Shown here piece after piece: positions 58,352 to 64,000 of a DNA stretch of 64,000 nt. A model generated the notes under the pieces. That model saw only the letters and a program-made list of their open reading frames with translations. It had not been told where the DNA came from and did not search any database. Where the stretch lies: assembly GCF_947646745.1 (NCBI RefSeq), contig NZ_CANSHK010000002.1, forward strand, positions 20,816 through 84,815, read 5' to 3'. Origin of the DNA: an uncultured Methylovirgula sp. (GTDB taxonomy: Bacteria > Pseudomonadota > Alphaproteobacteria > Rhizobiales > Beijerinckiaceae). Both the position numbers and the translations under genes were made by a program. Position 1 is the first letter of the stretch; the number at the start of each line of letters is the position of its first letter.

Positions 58352-59282
58352 ATTCCAACGCTCCAAGGGACGGTCTCGCCGAATCCTCAGGTTGACGACA
58401 TGCTCGGAACCGAAATTTGCTAAGGTCTTCGAGCATCTCGTCGATCAAAGCATGGCGCGCGCGCCATGCACTCCGCTTAGCCGCGACGACCTCTTTGGCA
58501 GAGCGCCGGCGCAGGCGCGGCGGAAGCTTAAAGGTGTATCGACCGTCCGCTTTTCCACCCAGTTCAGTCCAGTAAAGATCGTAGTCCGCTGTCCACCTTC
58601 TTAATCCGAAAATGCCTCTGCCCACATGCCCAAAGTTTGACGTTGCCGCTATTTCGGAGGCGCCGAAATGCTCTTTAAGGGCATAAACGGCGTGCATCAA
58701 TAAATCCTTCGGCCGCAATCCAAAGAGATCCCGGGTCACCTGAACCGTAAAGGATTTGCCATATTGTCTGGCGCTGCCTTGCAAGCCGCCAATCCATAGC
58801 CAGATCGGCCCCTCTCGCCGAGCGGCTCCGACGGCGAAGCTGAGAGTTGCGACCGTTGCCCACTCATTCTGGGCAAGAAGTCTGCACGTCAGCTCCCCTT
58901 CCCGCCCCGACCATGTCGGGCTTCGCTCCAACCTGAGTTCGTATCGGCGGCCGCTTTTGCCTGTCAATGTGGCGAGAAGCAAATCATGCCCGCCGATGAG
59001 ACCATGGACCCGCTTGCCTCCCAAAACGCGCAAGAGAATGTCGTAATGCGAGATGAGTACGCGCGACCGCTGGGCTGGCCGCAGCGCGCTGTGCAGGAAC
59101 TTGTGTGTCGGCTTGCTTGCCAGATCAAAAGGAATCTTTCTCAGAAAGGCGTGCTGGCAGATGTTATCGACGGCTGCAAACCATTTTCGCATGCTATTGG
59201 GCGAACAGAGAATTCCCAGCAAAAGGAAACATTTCTCTTTTACGCTGGCTTGCCCTAAATGCCGCAAGATCGAAAAAAACAT
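58335..59282 (-). CDS. VirK/YbjX-family (DUF535) protein
   Basis: DUF535-like core (…SHYDILLRVL…REGELTCRLL…LWIGGLQG…FGLRPKDLLM…ATSNFGHV…). The start is set at MFFSILRH (ATG at 59282); an ATG at 59381 is possible. The 3' end overlaps the downstream OMP start by 17 nt. GC is lower than the surroundings. Confidence 0.7.
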   Translation of the reverse strand: MFFSILRHLGQASVKEKCFLLLGILCSPNSMRKWFAAVDNICQHAFLRKIPFDLASKPTHKFLHSALRPAQRSRVLISHYDILLRVLGGKRVHGLIGGHDLLLATLTGKSGRRYELRLERSPTWSGREGELTCRLLAQNEWATVATLSFAVGAARREGPIWLWIGGLQGSARQYGKSFTVQVTRDLFGLRPKDLLMHAVYALKEHFGASEIAATSNFGHVGRGIFGLRRWTADYDLYWTELGGKADGRYTFKLPPRLRRRSAKEVVAAKRSAWRARHALIDEMLEDLSKFRFRACRQPEDSARPSLGALEYGNHV

Positions 59283-59547
59283 CCGCGGTTGCGGAACAGA
59301 CAATGGCGCATGGGCCGTCGCGCTCGCCAATTTTGCGGCCCACGCGCTGCCTTTCGGGCCGTTTTGCTTCCTACAGAACATCGTATTCAACAGCGAGAGG
59401 CCAAATTCAATTGGTTTGTAAATTGTAGCACCCAAATATGTGTTGAGGTTTGATGGAGACTTGATGGATTTCGGAGTTTGCCGTTCGACGAAATGAATCT
59501 GTATCCAGATAATAGTGTGTGTTCGACATTTAAGGTGAAATTGCAAG

Positions 59548-60234
59548 ATGAACGAACTCATCCTTGTCGCCGAAGATGAGCCGGAGATCGCCAAGATCCT
59601 CGAGGCCTATCTGGTGCGGGAGGGCTTTCGAACTGTCGTCGCCGCAGACGGCAAGGTCGCACTGGATCAACATGCGATACTCAAGCCCAATCTCGTCCTT
59701 TTGGACGTCAAGATGCCCAAGGTCGACGGCTGGCAGGTGCTGGCCGAATTGCGACGCCGTGGCGAGACGCCGGTTATCATCATCACCGCACTTGATCAGG
59801 ATATCGATCGCCTGCAGGGATTGCGCCTCGGCGCCGACGACTATGTGATCAAGCCGTTCAATCCGGTTGAGGTCGTGGCTCGTGCCAAAGCCGTTCTGCG
59901 CCGGACCAGTCCGGCCGAGAGCAGTTCGGTGTTGAGGATTGGAAAGGTCGAAGTCGATCTTGAAAGCTACGTCGCTCGGGTTCTGGACGGCGGAACATCG
60001 AAGCTTCTTCCTCTCACGCTGACCGAGTTTCGTCTTCTCGCTCATATGGCCAAGTCCCCGACCCGTGCTTTCGGCCGGAGCGAGCTTGTCGACGCTTGTC
60101 TTCCGGGCGGCGATGCGCTGGAACGGACCGTTGACAGCCATGTCAGCAATCTTCGCCGCAAGCTTGACGACGCTGGTGCGCCCGGGATGCTATCCGTGGT
60201 TCGCGGGGTGGGCTATCGATTGGCCAAGATATGA
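59548..60234 (+). CDS. OmpR-family response regulator
   Basis: Receiver domain (EDEPEI..., LLDVKMP phospho-Asp context). Winged-helix output (LTEFRLL..., RTVDSHVSNLRRKL, VRGVGYRL). Confidence 0.93.
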   Translation: MNELILVAEDEPEIAKILEAYLVREGFRTVVAADGKVALDQHAILKPNLVLLDVKMPKVDGWQVLAELRRRGETPVIIITALDQDIDRLQGLRLGADDYVIKPFNPVEVVARAKAVLRRTSPAESSSVLRIGKVEVDLESYVARVLDGGTSKLLPLTLTEFRLLAHMAKSPTRAFGRSELVDACLPGGDALERTVDSHVSNLRRKLDDAGAPGMLSVVRGVGYRLAKI

Positions 60235-61319
60235 AACAATACCGTTTGAGCCGCCAGATCGCGCTGTGGATGAGCGCCGTTGCGGTGATCGTCACGCTGA
60301 TGCAGTTCGTCGTCTACGTTGTCTTCTACGCCATTGCTTGGACTCTAAACCCCCCGCCGCCTGGTCCGCTTCCCCTCCTTCCGAGCGAGTCGGACTATGT
60401 GCTGATCGTCATCCTTATCCTCTTCAGTTTGGCCCTGTCGGTCATCGTAGCATTTCGGCTGACCAGCCGGATCGTCGCGCCGCTTACTTCGCTTGCGGAA
60501 GGCGCGCGAAGGATCGCCGCGGGCGATCTCAGCGCCCGTGCATTGCCTGGAGACAGATCCATCGGCGAGACGGCTCAACTGGTCGACGATTTCAATGCGA
60601 TGGCGCAAAGGCTCGAAGATACGGCGCAGGCGATCGCATCATGGAATGCGGCGATCGCACACGAACTCCGAACGCCGCTCACGATCCTGCGCGGCCGACT
60701 TCAGGGGGTCACCGGCAAGGTGTTCGAACCGAGCGACGAGCTATTTCGTAATTTGCTGTCTCACGTCGAGTCCCTGTCGCGGCTCGTCGAGGACTTGCGA
60801 GTGGTTACTTTGTTCGACAGTCGCAGGTTGGAGATGCGCTTCGAATCGGCCGATCTCGAACAAGAGGTTCTGAAAGCGGTCGATGCCATGCGAACCGATC
60901 TCACCGATGCGGGCTTCACGATCGAGCTGGCGACCCGCCCGATATTCTTGCATTGCGATGCCGTCCGGCTGCGACAGGCGCTGTTCGCGCTGCTCGAGAA
61001 CGCGCGTCGCTATGCGACACCGGGGCGTCTGCGTGTTTCGATGCGCGTCGACAACGACGGCCTCGTCATCGCGGTAGAGGATCAAGGTCCCGGCCTCAGT
61101 CCGGACTTCGCGCCGCATGCTTTCGATGCCTTTGCCCGCGGCGAGCCTTCACGCTCCCGACAATTCGGCGGCTCGGGACTCGGTTTGTCGGTTGTTCGCG
61201 CCATTGCCGAGGCGCATCATGGTGAAGCGCGTTATCGCTCTGCGACAAGCGGCGGTTCGATTTTTGAAGTCGCTATCCCAATCGGACGGGCACGGCTTGC
61301 CGCAGAGGAATCGTGCTAA
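60231..61319 (+). CDS. Sensor histidine kinase with ~18-aa Pro-rich extracytoplasmic loop
   Basis: Two TM helices flank LNPPPPGPLPLLPSESD. HAMP domain, H-box AHELRTPLT, N-box LLENARRYA, G-boxes DQGPGL and GGSGLGLS. 4-nt overlap with the regulator gene. Confidence 0.9.
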   Translation: MKQYRLSRQIALWMSAVAVIVTLMQFVVYVVFYAIAWTLNPPPPGPLPLLPSESDYVLIVILILFSLALSVIVAFRLTSRIVAPLTSLAEGARRIAAGDLSARALPGDRSIGETAQLVDDFNAMAQRLEDTAQAIASWNAAIAHELRTPLTILRGRLQGVTGKVFEPSDELFRNLLSHVESLSRLVEDLRVVTLFDSRRLEMRFESADLEQEVLKAVDAMRTDLTDAGFTIELATRPIFLHCDAVRLRQALFALLENARRYATPGRLRVSMRVDNDGLVIAVEDQGPGLSPDFAPHAFDAFARGEPSRSRQFGGSGLGLSVVRAIAEAHHGEARYRSATSGGSIFEVAIPIGRARLAAEESC

Positions 61320-61633
61320 TGGCCGTGCAGTTCGAGGGTGACGACGCCCCCGGACTTTGTACCCCGATAAATCGAACAGATTTGGGAGTCACAACGTGCT
61401 TTGACGCCGGCAACGACGTCAACCTCAGGATCATAGGCGTGCCTTGGATCGAGAGGGTTCAAAAGCAAGGCACATATAATGGCGAAAAAAAGTGCGTACA
61501 TAACAGCGAGGCTAATCGCCACAACGACGACTAAGGCCTTGTCAATGTCCTGCAAGACCTGCTCGCGGCCCCACAGTGTCGGGATTTTTTGAATCGTTCG
61601 GCAGCCCATCTTGTTCGGCTCGACGCGAATCAT
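61316..61633 (-). CDS. Hypothetical single-pass membrane protein (105 aa)
   Basis: GGAGA 3 nt upstream of the ATG at 61633. Strong TM helix ALVVVVAISLAVMYALFFAIICALLL. Its stop codon overlaps the stop of the convergent kinase gene. Low local GC. Confidence 0.45.
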   Translation of the reverse strand: MIRVEPNKMGCRTIQKIPTLWGREQVLQDIDKALVVVVAISLAVMYALFFAIICALLLNPLDPRHAYDPEVDVVAGVKARCDSQICSIYRGTKSGGVVTLELHGH

Positions 61634-61800
61634 AGTCTCCACTTGACATCCAGTGTTCACGCCGTTTGTAGAGAAATGATGGAGATTGAGCGCAGATCGT
61701 GCAAATGCGGTGCGGCGCCGCCCCTAGCGAGAATGCGAAGCGGAGCGCAACGACAGGTAGAATCTGCGCAACGTCCTCTGTTGCAACGGCACTCCTATTG

Positions 61801-63600
61801 TCATGTCGGCGCGGCGCCCGAGGCGCGGACGAGGGAAGAATATGCGCCGCCACGCGCCATCAGCTCATCGTGCGTCCCGCGTTCGACAATGCGCCCCCGC
61901 TGAAGGACGATAATTTGATCGGCACGCCGGATCGTCGAAAGACGATGCGTGATGGTAATGGTCGTCCGAGACTTGGACAGCTCCGCCAAGGCGGCCGTTA
62001 TGGCTTGCTCGGTTTCGGCATCGAGGGCGCTGGTGGCCTCATCGAGCAAAAGAACACGCGGATTGCGCAAAATCGTCCGGGCAAGCGCGAGCCGCTGCTT
62101 CTCGCCGCCTGAAAAGCGATAACCCCTTTCTCCGACCAAAGTCTCATAGCCTTCTGGTAACGCCGACACTGTCTCGTGGATTTGAACCGCCTTTGCCGCC
62201 GCCTCGATCTCCTCGCGCGTCGCCTCGGGTTTTGCGAAGCGAAGATTATCGATGACCGAAGCGTAGAGCAGATACGGGTCTTGCGTGACGACACCCAGCA
62301 TGTCCGTCAGCGACTCGAAACTGAGAGCCCGAACGTCAACGCCGTCATAACTAATCGAGCCGGAATCGACATCATAGAGTCGGGCCAAGAGATAGCCGAG
62401 GGTTGTCTTTCCAGACCCCGTAGGACCGACGATGGCGATATGACTTCCAGCCGGAACATCGATCGAAATATCCTTCAGCGTCGGTTCGTGATTTTTTTCG
62501 TAAGAAAAAGTCACGCCGCTGAGCTTCACGTCGCCGCGCATTCTGCCGCGATCAAGCGTGACAGCACCCGGCCGTTGCCTGATCCAAGCCGGCGAGTCGA
62601 GATATTCGAAGATGCGGGCAAATAAGGCTCGAGTCGTCCGAACCTGACGCCCTATCTCCAGAAGCTGTTCAAAAGGCCAGAGGAGCTGTTCCTGCAGCGC
62701 GATCATGGCGACCAGCGTGCCGATCGTGATTGACGCGCCGGTGTTCATCAGAAAGCCGCCGAGAAGCAAGGTCAGAGGCGGCAAGATCGACAATGCGAGG
62801 TAGATGAAGGACCATTGCCATTCTCCGGCCGTGCTCGAGCGGACCTCAAGCGTCGCAAGATCACGCGAAGTTTCCATAAAGCGACGGATCAGATATTCGC
62901 TCCGGCCTGTCGCCCTGGCGAGAATGATGCCTGAAAGCGACAGCGATTCCTGGATTGCGGATGACATATCCGCAATTCGTCTTTGTTGTGCGTAGGTGAT
63001 GGTCTCCCGCATTCTTGCGACATGGCCGCTGATGGCCACAGACACTGGAATAGTCATAAAAGAGAACAGGGCCAGGCGCCAGTCGAGCAGCAACATGGCG
63101 ATTGCGGTCATCATGGCAGTGCTGAGATTGCGGGCCAGCTCGTTGACCGTATTGGTAACCAGGGCCTGCAGACCGCCGACGTCGCTGGCGATGCGAGACT
63201 GGATTTCGCCCGTGCGCGTACCGGTGAAGAATGTAAGCGAAAGAGATTGCAAGTGCGCATAAACGCTAACCCGGAGATCGTGCATGATCGCCTGGCCGAT
63301 ACGCGAGGATATGACAATCTGGAGCGTATTCAGCGCCGCAGTCGCCGCCGCTATGCCGATCAGGCCGCCGGCAAGCCATGAGAGCAAAGCCAGATTTGCC
63401 TTAGGCAGCGCATCGTCAATGATGGCCCGCAGCAGGAATGGAGACGCCATGCCGATCGCGGAACCGATGACGATCAACCCGGCTACCGTAAGGGCACGGC
63501 GGAGATAGGGACGGAAAAGCGCCAGGATTCGGCGAGGCGTGACGCTCGCCGCCAGATCGGCATAACGCCTGTTTTCGATTTCGGTATTCGATATCGTCAT
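61801..63600 (-). CDS. ABC exporter, fused permease/ATPase (MsbA/multidrug type)
   Basis: Six-TM N-terminal domain. Walker A GPTGSGKTT, signature FSGGEKQR, Walker B LLLDEATSALD. The start is set at MTISNTE (ATG at 63600). Confidence 0.9.
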   Translation of the reverse strand: MTISNTEIENRRYADLAASVTPRRILALFRPYLRRALTVAGLIVIGSAIGMASPFLLRAIIDDALPKANLALLSWLAGGLIGIAAATAALNTLQIVISSRIGQAIMHDLRVSVYAHLQSLSLTFFTGTRTGEIQSRIASDVGGLQALVTNTVNELARNLSTAMMTAIAMLLLDWRLALFSFMTIPVSVAISGHVARMRETITYAQQRRIADMSSAIQESLSLSGIILARATGRSEYLIRRFMETSRDLATLEVRSSTAGEWQWSFIYLALSILPPLTLLLGGFLMNTGASITIGTLVAMIALQEQLLWPFEQLLEIGRQVRTTRALFARIFEYLDSPAWIRQRPGAVTLDRGRMRGDVKLSGVTFSYEKNHEPTLKDISIDVPAGSHIAIVGPTGSGKTTLGYLLARLYDVDSGSISYDGVDVRALSFESLTDMLGVVTQDPYLLYASVIDNLRFAKPEATREEIEAAAKAVQIHETVSALPEGYETLVGERGYRFSGGEKQRLALARTILRNPRVLLLDEATSALDAETEQAITAALAELSKSRTTITITHRLSTIRRADQIIVLQRGRIVERGTHDELMARGGAYSSLVRASGAAPT

Positions 63601-63828
63601 TCTCGAGGTCTGATCAGAATTTGAGCGCCCGAGGCCCCGACTTCCATCCGGCGGGCTTTGCAACGGTCGATGCGAGCGGTCTACCGAACCTCGGCGCAGC
63701 CTAGGGTTTCGCGGACGCGCGGTTCGACGGGAACGAAGCCTCGCGGCGCGCGCTCGGCGCGGCCATTGCTTCGAACGCGCGTTGCCGCAACGGCATCTTC
63801 CAGCCATCGCAGCGATGCGGCATCGCTG

Positions 63829-64000
63829 TTATTCGCAGACTCTTACACGCTGGTAGGTCCACACTTCGCTGTAGTCATCCCAATAAGGTTCACCGGCGGC
63901 CCAATAGCAGCGGGGGCCGTAAACCGGCTCGGGTACCGCATAGGCGGGCGGATAATAATGCGGTCCGCCGATCGTCGCGCCAAACAGTGTTCCAACCGCC
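63829..64000 (-). CDS. Small Gly/Tyr/Pro-rich protein, C-terminal part (5' end outside window)
   Basis: Hand translation gives ...AVGTLFGATIGGPHYYPPAYAVPEPVYGPRCYWAAGEPYWDDYSEVWTYQRVRVCE, with the stop at 63829-63831. A glycine-zipper-like segment is followed by a Cys...Cys tail. Confidence 0.4.
   Translation of the reverse strand, partial: AVGTLFGATIGGPHYYPPAYAVPEPVYGPRCYWAAGEPYWDDYSEVWTYQRVRVCE

Overview
High-GC alphaproteobacterial (Hyphomicrobiales-like) chromosomal segment. All family assignments come from motifs read in the translated ORFs; no database search was run. From 1 to about 48.3 kb the content is mostly core housekeeping: hflX (3' part), mazG, metG, a TatD-family hydrolase, holB, tmk, a DD-carboxypeptidase, rlpA, glnB-glnA, parE, aroQ-accB-accC, aat, ndk and leuA. 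Interspersed are two paralogous two-domain cold-shock proteins, a Ku gene with no ligD nearby, an orphan Flp pilin too short for the ORF track, a CusA/CzcA-type RND operon, and a 1138-aa GH18-like / CE4 deacetylase / processive GT2 fusion protein. I find six tRNA genes: Arg-TCT, Pro-TGG, Asn-GTT, Cys-GCA, Phe-GAA and Lys-CTT. After tRNA-Lys (48.3-64 kb) the content looks accessory, with visible GC dips. It holds an AcrAB/NodT-type efflux operon, an ~0.9 kb low-GC stretch with no convincing gene, a class-III aminotransferase, a VirK/DUF535 gene overlapping a tandem-barrel outer-membrane protein, an OmpR-type regulator with a short-loop histidine kinase, a small membrane protein and an ABC exporter. 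I saw no transposase, integrase, CRISPR array, prophage or recognisable defence system. Many long ORFs in the track are antisense shadows typical of high-GC DNA and were rejected. The best candidates for something undescribed are the single-chain GH18-CE4-GT2 enzyme, the two tandem Omp25/31-like barrel paralogues (one coupled to VirK), and the two-component / small-membrane-protein / ABC module. Smaller points: a Leu-rich leader ORF upstream of leuA, a start-less membrane ORF abutting the tRNA-Phe 3' end, and paired palindromic elements after parE.
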